Assembly (NCBI GenBank): GCA_963771275.1
Contig: CAVYSW010000003.1
Span: forward strand, 352,001-416,000
From: an uncultured Gemmatimonadales bacterium
GTDB taxonomy: Bacteria; Gemmatimonadota; Gemmatimonadetes; Gemmatimonadales; GWC2-71-9
Reading direction: 5' to 3'
Length of the DNA stretch: 64,000 bases
The notes under the pieces are model-generated. The model searched no databases. It saw only the letters and a program-made list of their open reading frames with translations, and was not told where the DNA came from. Each line of letters starts with the position of its first letter. The first letter of the stretch is position 1. The translations under genes and the position numbers were made by a program. This document shows positions 8,534 through 18,219 of this stretch, piece by piece.

Positions 8534-10460
8534 AGGGATCCTCCACGTGGCGAAGCGGCGTCACCGCCGGCTGGCGCTCCGCGACCGGCTCACGCCTCAC
8601 CGCGGCGCCGAGCCCCGCGGCGAAGAACGCCGACACGTCCTGTGGGCGCGCGCGCCGGGTCGCCAGCACGGCCCGCCGCACGTCCTCCTCGCGGCGTCCC
8701 GCGATCAGGTCCTTCACGCGCGACGGCGCCACCCGGCGATCCAGCGCGGTGAGCTGGCGCACGACCGCGTCGGCGAACGGCACGTCCGCCTCGGGGGGGA
8801 ACCGCTCCACCCCCTGCCGGCCGGCCAGCGCCGCCGGGCGCGGGAAGCGGACGAACACCGGCTGGGTGAAATGGGGATGCCGCACCATCAGCTCGCCCTT
8901 GGGCAGCGTCGCCAGCTTGCTCTTGGTGGCGGGCGAGAGGATCTGGTAGCCAGGCGTCGCGAGCTCGTCCATGTCCATCCGGCCGTACACCGTCGTGCCC
9001 GCGTTCCCCACCACCCGCCGATGCACCTGCGAGCGGAACTGCTGCGCCCCGAACAGCACCAGCCCCAGGTAGCGCCCCCGCTCCGAGATGTCCAGCAGCA
9101 TCTTGCGCACGTAGGTCTCCGGGCCGTCGGCGGGGGCGTACTTGTTGAGCTCGTCCACGAACGCCACGACGCACTCGACGCCCAGGTCCCGCCGCTCGAG
9201 ATGCTCGCGCAGCTTGGACACGACCCGGGTGAACACGAGGTCCTGCCCCAGCTGGTCCACGCCCGCCACGTCCACCACATAGACGGCGCGGTCTTCGAAC
9301 GCGCCGAACGGGAGATCGCTCCCGGTGGTGTCGTCGGTCACCAGCCCTTTGCAGCGGGTCGAGATGTTCATCAGGCGGTTGCGCACCTTGCGGATCGTGG
9401 CGACGTGATGCGTGCGCCACATGTCCCGGCCGCCGGCGGCCTCGAGGCCGTCGAAGATCGCGCGGAACAGCCGCTCGAGATCGGCGAAGCTCTCGACCCG
9501 ATGGTGGGCGCCCCACTCGTCGGTGAACGCCTTGCCGACCACGCGATCCGCCAGGAAGTCGAGGAACGCGTCGGCCTTGGCATCGATGTCGTCGCGGTTG
9601 AGCAGCACCTCGCTGTAGTCGAGCACCTCGCGCAGGCCCCACACCAGCGGCTCGACGGCGTCCGCCAGGGCGGGGTGGCTCCGCAGCGTGTTCAGGTTCA
9701 CGCCGTCGGGCTTGTACGGCGCGAACAGGCGTACCCGGCCGAACGGCTCGGGCCGGACGTCGAGCGCCGCGTACATCTCGCGGTCCGCCGCGGTCAGGTC
9801 CGCCGCCTGGTCGAGAAAGCAGAGGTCCGGGCCCTTCACGTTGAAGCAGACCGCCGCGATCCGCCCCTTCGCCGCCGGGAAGTGCTGGAACACGGCGTTG
9901 AGCAGGAACATCACGGCGCTCGTCTTCGTGGCGAGACCGGAGACCCCGTTGATGTTGAGGTGGGCCGCCTCGGGTCCGAGCAGGAAGTCCGCGTCGAGGA
10001 ACACCGGCGCGCGCATCCCGCCCGCCGCGTACAGCCCCACGGGGATCGCCGTCGGCGCCGCCCCCCGCACGTAGGCGTCCATCCGCAGGGCCACCGTGAC
10101 GTCGTCGGGCGATGCCAGCCGCACGGCGGCGAGCGGCACGGGCTGGAGCGGCTCCTCGGGCTCCTGTCGCAGCACGGCCGCCGTCCACAGCCGGATCTCC
10201 GTCCGCCGGGTGGGCGGCGCCGCGGCCGCGGGATCGCCCTCGCTCGCCAGCACGTCGTGCAGCGGGGCCGCGAGGTCGGAATAGGCCCGCGCGTCCAGCA
10301 CGACGCCGTACGCCGTCCGGCCCGCCCCGTCCACCCGCACGATGGCGCCGATCCCGATCGCCGTGTCGATCGCGGTCCAGAAGTGGAACTGCTGCGGGCT
10401 CGCCGGCAGCAGCTCGGTGGCCACCACCCGCCCGATCACGGGCCCCGGTGCGCTGGTCAG
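8523..10460 (-). CDS. herA: HerA-family ATPase/DNA translocase (start uncertain: CTG 10460 or GTG 10439)
   Basis: N-terminal VIGRVVATE HAS-barrel-like region; HLNINGVSGLATKTS Walker A variant, FVDELNK Walker B, ERGRYLG, AQQ. Confidence 0.88.
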   Translation of the reverse strand: MTSAPGPVIGRVVATELLPASPQQFHFWTAIDTAIGIGAIVRVDGAGRTAYGVVLDARAYSDLAAPLHDVLASEGDPAAAAPPTRRTEIRLWTAAVLRQEPEEPLQPVPLAAVRLASPDDVTVALRMDAYVRGAAPTAIPVGLYAAGGMRAPVFLDADFLLGPEAAHLNINGVSGLATKTSAVMFLLNAVFQHFPAAKGRIAAVCFNVKGPDLCFLDQAADLTAADREMYAALDVRPEPFGRVRLFAPYKPDGVNLNTLRSHPALADAVEPLVWGLREVLDYSEVLLNRDDIDAKADAFLDFLADRVVGKAFTDEWGAHHRVESFADLERLFRAIFDGLEAAGGRDMWRTHHVATIRKVRNRLMNISTRCKGLVTDDTTGSDLPFGAFEDRAVYVVDVAGVDQLGQDLVFTRVVSKLREHLERRDLGVECVVAFVDELNKYAPADGPETYVRKMLLDISERGRYLGLVLFGAQQFRSQVHRRVVGNAGTTVYGRMDMDELATPGYQILSPATKSKLATLPKGELMVRHPHFTQPVFVRFPRPAALAGRQGVERFPPEADVPFADAVVRQLTALDRRVAPSRVKDLIAGRREEDVRRAVLATRRARPQDVSAFFAAGLGAAVRREPVAERQPAVTPLRHVEDPYAP

Positions 10461-11380
10461 CTCCAGCCTCCCGCGTGTGCTCGGAGATACACCTCGACTT
10501 CGTGCATCGGATAGATCAACCGGTCCCACCGCTGGTCCGGCGCCGCGATCGGGGTGCGCTCGGCAAGCAGCCAGCGACTCACCATGGTCGCCTCGGCCGG
10601 CGCGGCGGCACCCCCCAACCGCTCGATTCGCGTGAGCCCATGCAGCAGATCCTCCTCGGGCCACGGCCACAGCCTAAGGTACCACGAATGCGTCTCGGCA
10701 CCGCCCCCCGATCGGGCAAACACGCTGGAGCGCGACCCGGCGGGCAGCGTGAGCGCCACCTCGAGGTCCGGCCCGTCGAGAAACTGGGTCTCGTGCTCCT
10801 TCACGATGCCGATCGCGTGCTCGGCACCCGCCAGCTGGGCGAGCCCGGACACCCCGCCGTCCACGAACAGCCACGCGCCGGGTCGCGCGGCAAGGAAGGC
10901 GCGCGCCGCCGCGATCTCGCACGCGGAGCGGCGCTGCTCGATCACCTGGGTGGCCGCCCAGAGGTCCACCAGCGGATGCGGCCGCGGTCCCGGGTCGCTG
11001 TCGCGCACGGGCAGGCCGATCGCCTCCAGCGCGTCGCGCTGCGGCGCCGCCAGCCGCGCGCCCGGCACGACCAGGAACTCGTCCCCCGCCCGGGCCGCGC
11101 AGTGCAGCATGCCGGCCCGTCGCTCGAGCACCGCGGCGTCCACGTAGGCGCGCACCACCGGCGTGAGCCCGATGTGTCCATCCACAACGTATTGCTGGAT
11201 GCCGTCCACGAACCCGACGCCCTCGGGGGCCGGCGCCGGGGCGCCGACGTCCAGCGCCGCGATGGCCCTGCCCTCGACCACCCGCGATTGGGCGAACGGT
11301 TTGGCCACCGGCTGCGGGGCGAACCGCCGCACGGCCCCGCGGGCGGCGGTCCCACCAGCCCGCGCCAGCGCCTCCCGCAT
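10457..11380 (-). CDS. nurA: NurA-like nuclease (start uncertain: ATG 11380 or CTG 11398)
   Basis: FVDG...LFVDG...GIVK...YPMHEVE spacing resembles NurA RNase H-like motifs; directly upstream of herA. Confidence 0.7.
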   Translation of the reverse strand: MREALARAGGTAARGAVRRFAPQPVAKPFAQSRVVEGRAIAALDVGAPAPAPEGVGFVDGIQQYVVDGHIGLTPVVRAYVDAAVLERRAGMLHCAARAGDEFLVVPGARLAAPQRDALEAIGLPVRDSDPGPRPHPLVDLWAATQVIEQRRSACEIAAARAFLAARPGAWLFVDGGVSGLAQLAGAEHAIGIVKEHETQFLDGPDLEVALTLPAGSRSSVFARSGGGAETHSWYLRLWPWPEEDLLHGLTRIERLGGAAAPAEATMVSRWLLAERTPIAAPDQRWDRLIYPMHEVEVYLRAHAGGWS

Positions 11381-11394
11381 GCGCGCCCGCGCGG

Positions 11395-12039
11395 TCAGGC
11401 GGCGACCCTGAGCGCGGCGAGCAGCCCGTCGCGCACCGGAATGACGGCGGGCACGAGGCGCGGGTCCCGCGATACGAGGCGGTTGAACGCCCGCATGCCC
11501 TTCACGTCGGCGCCGCGTGCGGCCGGATCCGCCACGCGGCCGTGCATGAACGTGTTGTCGCACAGCAGCAGCCCACCCACGCGCAGCAGCCGCATGGCGG
11601 CCACGAAGTAGCGCGGCAGCGGCGCCTTGTCCGCGTCGAGGAACACCGCGTCGTACGGCGCCCGCAGGGTCTCCAGGGTATCGAGCGCCTCCCCCACGAG
11701 CAGCTCGACGCGATCCGCCACGCCCGCGCGCGCGAACGACCGGCGCGCGTACGCGGCGTGCTTCTCGCTGCCCTCGATCGTCGTGAGGCGGCCACCGGGC
11801 GGCAGCGCCCGCGCGATCCAGATCCCGCTGTACCCGCCGAGCGTGCCCACCTCGAGCACGTGACGCGCGCCAATCAGCCGCAGCAGCAGGCCGAGGACGG
11901 CGCCCTCTTCCGCGGACACGTTGATCGGCGGGAGGTCGGCCGGCCCGTGCCCGGCGCGGACCGCCGTGAGCGCGGCGTCTTCCCGGGCGAACAGCTTGGC
12001 CACGTAGGCCGCCAGCCGGTCGTCCGCGGCGCCGCTCAC
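11395..12039 (-). CDS. SAM-dependent O-methyltransferase (family 3)
   Basis: VLEVGTLGGYS, FLDADK, GGLLLCDN, RDGL; GTG start overlapping the upstream stop. Confidence 0.92.
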   Translation of the reverse strand: MSGAADDRLAAYVAKLFAREDAALTAVRAGHGPADLPPINVSAEEGAVLGLLLRLIGARHVLEVGTLGGYSGIWIARALPPGGRLTTIEGSEKHAAYARRSFARAGVADRVELLVGEALDTLETLRAPYDAVFLDADKAPLPRYFVAAMRLLRVGGLLLCDNTFMHGRVADPAARGADVKGMRAFNRLVSRDPRLVPAVIPVRDGLLAALRVAA

Positions 12040-12527
12040 GGGGTCTCGGGCAGCGGCGGCACGTGGAGCAGCCACAGACCCGCCACCCCGCCGCGCGCGT
12101 CGAGGTCCACCAGGAAGTTCTCCGCCACCTTGACCGTGCGCGCCAACGGGTGGAACCGCAGGTGGATCAGGGATTCCTGCTGGGTCACGTCGGCCGCGAT
12201 CGGCGTCGCCAGCTCGAGGACGCCGGCGGTCGCGCCGAGCTCGGTGAGCACGACGCGCGCCGACGCCGCGTCGTGCGGCGCCACGAGCCCGCCCCGCCGT
12301 GCCAGATCGGGCCAGACCACCACCTCCACGCCGCACAACACGCCACCCACCACCTCCAGCAGGACCACCGCGCCTTCGGGGCTCTCCAGCTCGACCGATC
12401 CCGAGAACCCGTCGCCGCGCTCCGCCGGCTCCGAGCGGCCGGACAGGATCTCGGTCTCGGGGTCCCAGCAGAACGGAAGCGCCAGAAGCGCTGCGCGCAC
12501 ATCCCGAATCTCCGCCGCCAGGTGCAT
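12036..12527 (-). CDS. hypothetical protein
   Basis: MHLAAEIRD... fills the gap exactly between aminotransferase and methyltransferase. Confidence 0.7.
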   Translation of the reverse strand: MHLAAEIRDVRAALLALPFCWDPETEILSGRSEPAERGDGFSGSVELESPEGAVVLLEVVGGVLCGVEVVVWPDLARRGGLVAPHDAASARVVLTELGATAGVLELATPIAADVTQQESLIHLRFHPLARTVKVAENFLVDLDARGGVAGLWLLHVPPLPETP

Positions 12528-12529
12528 CG

Positions 12530-13717
12530 CTACGCGCCCCGCATGAATCGATCGATCCGCTCCAGCGCGCCCGCGAGGACCTCGTCGGGCGCGGCATAGC
12601 TCAAGCGCACCCAGCGCGGGTCGCCGAACGCGTCCCCCGGCACCAGCGCCACGCCTTCCTTGGTGAGCAGCCGCTCGCTGAACTTGGCCCCGCTCGTCAG
12701 GTCGCCGCCGAACATGTGGTCGACCCGGAAGAAGAAGAAGAACGCGCCGACGGGGTCGACGAACTCGACGCCCGGCAGGTTGCGCCGGAAGTAGCTCTCC
12801 ACCAGGTCGCGCCGTGCGCGGAACGCGTCCACCATGCGGGCGACGTCCTGCTCCACGTGGTCGTCGCCGAGCGCCGCCGCCGCCGCCCACTGGGAGATCT
12901 GGGACGTCCCGCTGGTCATGTGCGACTGCAGACCCGCCATCGCCTTGGCGACGGGTTGCGGCGCGAGCGCGATCCCCACCCGCCAGCCGGTCATCGCGTA
13001 CGCCTTGCTCACGCCTGTCACCATCACCACCCGCTCGAGCAGCTCGTCCGGCAGGTCGAGCACCGACGGGGCCGGCCCCGGTCCGTAATGGATCCGTCGG
13101 TAGATCTCGTCCGAGATCAGCCACAGTTCGTGCTTCCGCGCCCACTCGGCGATCGCCTTGAGCTCGGAGCGCGTGTAGACCGCCCCCGTCGGGTTGCACG
13201 GTGTCGACAGGATCACGCCGCGCGTGAGCGAATCGCGCGCCCGCTCGAGGTCCTCGACCCCCACCTTGAGGCTCCACTCCACCGCCCCGGGAACCGGCAC
13301 CGGCTCGGCCCGCGCGAACCGCACCATCTGGGGAAACGACACCCAGTACGGCGTGGGGATCAGCACCTTGTCGCCCGCGCCGAACAGGGTGAAGCAGGTG
13401 TTGAACAGCGACTGCTTGGCGCCGGTCGACACCACCATGTTGTCGGCGTTCACCGGCCGCCCGCCGGACAGCAGCGACAGGTTGCGGGCGGCGGCCGCCC
13501 GCAGCTCCAGCAGCCCGGTGTTGGGCGGGTAGTGCGTCTTTCCCTGCTGGATCGCGCGGATCCCCGCTTCGGCCGCGATGCGCGGCGTCTCGAAATCGAC
13601 CTCGCCGACCGACAGATCGATCACGTCCTCGCCCGCGGAGCGACGCTGGTGGGCGAGTTGGGAGATCATCATCGTCTCGGACGGCTTCAGGTACTCGAGG
13701 TTCTTCGAGAGTCTCAT
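12530..13717 (-). CDS. PLP-dependent class I aminotransferase (aspartate aminotransferase-like)
   Basis: GAKQSL, NPTG, SDEIY, SKAYAMTGWRVG (PLP Lys), VRLSYA. Confidence 0.95.
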   Translation of the reverse strand: MRLSKNLEYLKPSETMMISQLAHQRRSAGEDVIDLSVGEVDFETPRIAAEAGIRAIQQGKTHYPPNTGLLELRAAAARNLSLLSGGRPVNADNMVVSTGAKQSLFNTCFTLFGAGDKVLIPTPYWVSFPQMVRFARAEPVPVPGAVEWSLKVGVEDLERARDSLTRGVILSTPCNPTGAVYTRSELKAIAEWARKHELWLISDEIYRRIHYGPGPAPSVLDLPDELLERVVMVTGVSKAYAMTGWRVGIALAPQPVAKAMAGLQSHMTSGTSQISQWAAAAALGDDHVEQDVARMVDAFRARRDLVESYFRRNLPGVEFVDPVGAFFFFFRVDHMFGGDLTSGAKFSERLLTKEGVALVPGDAFGDPRWVRLSYAAPDEVLAGALERIDRFMRGA

Positions 13718-14847
13718 TCCCGGATGGCTCCGTGGCGTCGCAGGATGGCGATCGTGGAATCGAGCGGCAGCGCCGCCACGGTTCCGCGCATTCCGCGCAC
13801 GGTCGTGGCAAGGAACAGGGAATTATACACGGCCTCTTCGGTCGCCTCGATCACCGCCTCGAACAACGGGCTCATCGCCTCATTCGCCACCGGCGGGGCG
13901 GTGCCGGCCCGGGCGGTCGCGAACGCGATCACGTAGTCGCCCGAGCCGTTGCTCATGGCGCTCCCCGTCCGCGCGAGACCGGCGAGCGCGCGGCGCGCCA
14001 GCCGCTCGAGATTGCGGTGATCCGCCGGGGCGTCGGTCGCGACGACGACCATGACGGACCCGTCCGCCCCTCCCCCCGTCCCCCTCCCCCTCGCATCCGG
14101 CTTCAGGTAGTACTGCCCCAGCTCGATCCCCACCGGCGCCCCGTTGACGCTGAGCACGCCGCCAAAATTGGTCTGCACCAGCACGCCGACCGTCCAGCCC
14201 CCGAGGCCCGGCGGCAGGCGCCGGCTGGCGGTCCCGATCCCGCCCTTCCAGCCGAACGCCACCGTGCCGCGGCCCGCGCCCACGCTCCCCTGCTCCACCG
14301 CACCCGTGTCGGCCCGCGCGATCGCGCCGAGCACGTCGGCCTGCGTCACCGCCCGGCGGCGGATGTCGTTCAAGAACCCGTCGTTGGTTTCCCCCACCAC
14401 GACGTTGGCGGACCGCACGTCCGCGTTGCCGGGGAGCCCGAGCAGCCACGTGAGCGCGGCGTCGGCGACGCGCGGCACGCACAGCGTGCACGTAAGCAGG
14501 ATCGGCGACTCGATCTCGCCAAGCTCCTGCACCTGGGTGATCCCCATGAGCTTGCCGAAGCCGTTGCCCACCACGATCGCGCCCGGGACCTTGTCGCGGA
14601 ACGGATTCCCCCCGTGCGGCAGAATCGCCGTAACGCCCGTGTTGATCGAGTCGCCGGCGGTGATCGTCGTCTGGCCCACCCGCACCCCCGCGACGTCCGT
14701 GATCGCGTTGCGCGGCCCGGGCGGCAGGACGCCCACGACGACCCCCAGACTCCGCGCCGACTGCCGGGCGGGCTCCTGCCCGCCCGCCGGCCGGGGCAGC
14801 GCGAGCGCTGCCACTGCTGCCGCGATGATCGCTGATCGAGGCACCAC
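13714..14847 (-). CDS. DmpA/P1-family aminopeptidase (S58), secreted
   Basis: NAITDVAGVRVG, NGFGK, GETNDG, KGGIGTAS, DG|SV autoprocessing site, NGSGD; signal peptide. Confidence 0.92.
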   Translation of the reverse strand: MVPRSAIIAAAVAALALPRPAGGQEPARQSARSLGVVVGVLPPGPRNAITDVAGVRVGQTTITAGDSINTGVTAILPHGGNPFRDKVPGAIVVGNGFGKLMGITQVQELGEIESPILLTCTLCVPRVADAALTWLLGLPGNADVRSANVVVGETNDGFLNDIRRRAVTQADVLGAIARADTGAVEQGSVGAGRGTVAFGWKGGIGTASRRLPPGLGGWTVGVLVQTNFGGVLSVNGAPVGIELGQYYLKPDARGRGTGGGADGSVMVVVATDAPADHRNLERLARRALAGLARTGSAMSNGSGDYVIAFATARAGTAPPVANEAMSPLFEAVIEATEEAVYNSLFLATTVRGMRGTVAALPLDSTIAILRRHGAIRE

Positions 14848-14900
14848 AGGTCCCTTTCGTGAAGGTCGGCGTGGGTCCGCCCGCGAGCGGGGGCGGCGCG

Positions 14901-14929
14901 TTGCGTTGCTCCGGCGCCCAAGCTAGCAT
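14901..14929 (+). promoter_or_regulatory. putative sigma70 promoter
   Basis: TTGCGT-17nt-TAGCAT upstream of the DbpA-domain gene. Confidence 0.45.
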
Positions 14930-14977
14930 CCCTCCACACGCGTTGCCACCGCCGTGTCTTTGACAACCGAGGGTGTC

Positions 14978-16303
14978 GTGACCTGGGAGTTCGCGCCGTC
15001 GTTCGATGCCGCGCACCGCGCGGCGCTGGAGAGCGGGAAGCCGCTCGTCTACGTCTGCCCCCCCGCGGGGTGGGCGCTCGCTCCGCTGCTCGACCGCCTC
15101 GCGCCGGGGGAGCCGGGCCTCCGGGTTCTCGTGCTGGTCCCGGAGCCGTCCGTCGCGGCGGACCTGTCGGCCAGCGTGGGCGACAGCGGCACGCTCGCTC
15201 CGCTGCACGCCCTCACGGGCGCGACGCGCACCGAGCGGCTGTTGCGCCGCTCCGCCGCCCGCACCCTCGTCTGCACCCCCGGCGACGCGCTCGAGCTCGC
15301 GCGGCGCGCCGCGCTCAAGCTGGCCGACCTGCGGCATCTCGTGGTCGCGTGGCCCGAGGCGATGCTGGCCCTGGGGGACGGTCCCGCCCTCGACACGCTG
15401 CTCGCCGAAGCGCACGGGGCGCAGCGACTCGTCGCCACGACGGACGACGGCGACCCCGCGCTCGGCGATTTCCTCACCCGTCACGCGCACCGCGCGCCGG
15501 TCGCCGTCGCCGCGCGCGCCCCCGCCGCCCCGTTCGGCCCGGCGCGCTACGTCGTGGTGGACGAGGCGCGGCGGGCTGGGGTGGTCCGGGCGCTGCTCGA
15601 CCACCTCGATCCCGACCGCGCCCTCGTCTGGGACCCCGTGCCGTCGCGTCATCCCCTGTATGCGGCGCTCGCGCGCGACACCGCGGTCCATGTCACGTCC
15701 GACCCCGGGACGGAGCCCGCCGCGCTCGCGGTCGCCGCCGATCTTCCGAGCGCCGACGCGCTGGCGGCGCTGCGCGCGGTCGCGCGCGAGGTCGTGGTCC
15801 TGGTCCGGGCGTCCCAGCTTCACTACCTGCGTCGGCTGGCGCAGCCGCTCCGACCGCTGCGCGTCGCCGGCGAGACCGACCGGGCGTACGACCGCGCGTT
15901 CGCCGCGCGGCGGCGCGTGCGGGAGCGCCTGGCCCAAGGCCACCTCGACGCGGAGCTGCTGACGCTGGCGCCGTTGTTCGACGAGTTCGATCCGGCGCTG
16001 GTGGCGGCGGCCCTGTTGACCCTGCCGGGCGGCGAGACGCCGGTCTCCGGCGTGGAGGAACCGGCGGTCCCGGTGCGACTGTTCGTCACGGCCGGACGCC
16101 AGGACGGCGTCCGACCGTCCGACATCGTGGGTGCGCTCGTGAACGGGGTGGGGATCGCGAAGGAAGCCATCGGGCGGGTCGACATCCGGGACAAGTTCGC
16201 CCTGGTCGAGGTCCGCGCCGATGAGGCCGACCGCGCCGCGAAGGGACTGAACGGCTCGATGCTCCGCGGCCGGCGCGTGGCGGCGCGGCCCGACCGCGGC
16301 TGA
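14978..16303 (+). CDS. degenerate DEAD-box-like protein with C-terminal DbpA RNA-binding domain
   Basis: C-terminus RLFVTAGRQDGVRPSDIVGAL...IGRVDIRDKFALVEV is DbpA-RBD-like; N-terminus keeps VLVLVP and CTPG but lacks GKT and DEAD; start could be 14954. Confidence 0.8.
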   Translation: MTWEFAPSFDAAHRAALESGKPLVYVCPPAGWALAPLLDRLAPGEPGLRVLVLVPEPSVAADLSASVGDSGTLAPLHALTGATRTERLLRRSAARTLVCTPGDALELARRAALKLADLRHLVVAWPEAMLALGDGPALDTLLAEAHGAQRLVATTDDGDPALGDFLTRHAHRAPVAVAARAPAAPFGPARYVVVDEARRAGVVRALLDHLDPDRALVWDPVPSRHPLYAALARDTAVHVTSDPGTEPAALAVAADLPSADALAALRAVAREVVVLVRASQLHYLRRLAQPLRPLRVAGETDRAYDRAFAARRRVRERLAQGHLDAELLTLAPLFDEFDPALVAAALLTLPGGETPVSGVEEPAVPVRLFVTAGRQDGVRPSDIVGALVNGVGIAKEAIGRVDIRDKFALVEVRADEADRAAKGLNGSMLRGRRVAARPDRG

Positions 16304-16306
16304 GGA

Positions 16307-16597
16307 TCAGCCCGGCGGGTTCAGCACGTCGCGCAGTCCCTGCCCCGGCTTGAAGGCGGGCTGCACCGCGGCCGCGATCATGATCGCGGCACCCGTCTGC
16401 GGGTTCCGGCCGGTCCGGGCCGCGCGCTGACGGACCTGGAACGTGCCGAACCCCGTGACCTGCACCTTGCGGCCGGCACGCAGCTCGCGGGCGATCACCC
16501 CGTCGGGGTTGAACAACCCCTCCACCGCCCGCGTGGCGTCCGTCTTCTGCAGGCCCGCGTGTGCCGCGAGCGCATCGATCAACTCGGCCTTGTTCAC
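16307..16597 (-). CDS. hup: DNA-binding protein HU
   Basis: (M)NKAELI, GFGTF, ARTGRNPQTG, PAFKPG; AAGGAG RBS. Confidence 0.95.
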   Translation of the reverse strand: MNKAELIDALAAHAGLQKTDATRAVEGLFNPDGVIARELRAGRKVQVTGFGTFQVRQRAARTGRNPQTGAAIMIAAAVQPAFKPGQGLRDVLNPPG

Positions 16598-16677
16598 GGC
16601 GCCGCTCCTTCCGGCTGGTGTTTCATCGCCAACGTGCGTCCCGCAATATCGCCCACATCGAGCCGGCCGCAAGCGGC

Positions 16678-16706
16678 TTGTCCGGGCCGGGCCGTCGCGC
16701 TAACCT
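16678..16706 (+). promoter_or_regulatory. putative sigma70 promoter for the tdk leader
   Basis: TTGTCC-17nt-TAACCT. Confidence 0.55.
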
Positions 16707-16710
16707 AGTA

Positions 16711-16837
16711 CCGTTCCAACCGGTTCGGCGTGCGCCGACGACGGGGTACCGGGTGTCGCAGGCGCCATGGCTCCCGGCTGCGGCCCCTCGGCGAGCGCAG
16801 GTCGGAACGGCACCAGGGGGCCGGTGAGACCGCTCGC
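16711..16837 (+). ncRNA. candidate structured leader or sRNA upstream of tdk
   Basis: Nested complementary segments CCGTTCC/GGAACGG, CGCCGA/TCGGCG, GGGG/CCCC, CCGGG/CCCGG beginning at the predicted transcription start. Confidence 0.35.
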
Positions 16838-16859
16838 GATTCCCTAACAGGCCGCCCGC

Positions 16860-17501
<642 letters not shown>

Positions 17502-17554
17502 CGCCGGCCGTCGCGCTCCTGGCCCCGGACGCGCCCGCCCCCCACCTTACGCAC

Positions 17555-18166
17555 ATGCTCTCCGTCGCACTCACCGGGAACGTCGCCGCGGGCAAGACGA
17601 CGGTCTGCCGCCTCTTCGCCGAGTGGGGCGCCACGATCATCGAGGCCGACCTCCTGGTGCGGGAAGTGCAGCAGCCCGGCACGCCGGTGCTCGCCGCCAT
17701 CGCCGAGCGGTTCGGTCCGGGGGTGCTGCTGCCCGACGGCGCGCTCGACCGCGCGGCGCTGCGCCGCATCGTGTTCGCCGACGCCGCGGCGCGCCAGGCG
17801 CTCAACGCCATCGTGCACCCGGCCGTGCAGCGGCGGCGTGCCGCGCTCGTGGCGGCGGCCCGCGCGCGCGGCGACCGCGTCGTGGTGAGCGATATCCCGC
17901 TGCTGTTCGAGGTACTCGACGCGGCGGCGTTCGACACCGTCGTGCTGGTGGACGCCCCCGACGCCGTGCGCCGCGCGCGCCTGGTGCGCGACCGCGGGCT
18001 CCTGCCCGACGAGGCCGATCGCCTCATGGCGGCGCAGCTGCCGGCCGCGACGAAACGGGCGCGCAGCGACATCGTGATCGACAACGACGGGACGCCGGAA
18101 CAGCTGCGCGCACGCGCGTACGGCGCGTGGCAACGACTGCTTGACTTGACCAGAACCGATGGATAA
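17555..18166 (+). CDS. coaE: dephospho-CoA kinase
   Basis: LTGNVAAGKT, LDRAAL, IVHP, DIPLLFE, IDNDG. Confidence 0.96.
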   Translation: MLSVALTGNVAAGKTTVCRLFAEWGATIIEADLLVREVQQPGTPVLAAIAERFGPGVLLPDGALDRAALRRIVFADAAARQALNAIVHPAVQRRRAALVAAARARGDRVVVSDIPLLFEVLDAAAFDTVVLVDAPDAVRRARLVRDRGLLPDEADRLMAAQLPAATKRARSDIVIDNDGTPEQLRARAYGAWQRLLDLTRTDG

Positions 18167-18169
18167 CCT
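18141..18169 (+). promoter_or_regulatory. putative sigma70 promoter for gcvH
   Basis: TTGACT-17nt-TAACCT overlapping the end of coaE. Confidence 0.6.
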
Positions 18170-18219
18170 ATTCGCCGTCCGACTCTTCATTCATGGCGCC
18201 CACCGCGATCGGGTGACTC

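Noticed and set aside
4054..11398. Interpretation as a Wadjet or other SMC-based defence island
   Set aside because: It has a zinc-hook Rad50 with Mre11 rather than a MukBEF-like set, and sits among housekeeping genes with no mobile-element context.
16711..16815. tRNA, tmRNA or SRP RNA (ends in CACCA, contains GGTTCG)
   Set aside because: No cloverleaf, no properly placed T-arm and no SRP domain IV motif; kept only as an unclassified structured candidate.
18170..18219. Possible glycine riboswitch before gcvH/gcvP
   Set aside because: The leader is too short and lacks the GGAGA/CCGAAG/CTCTCAGG signatures.
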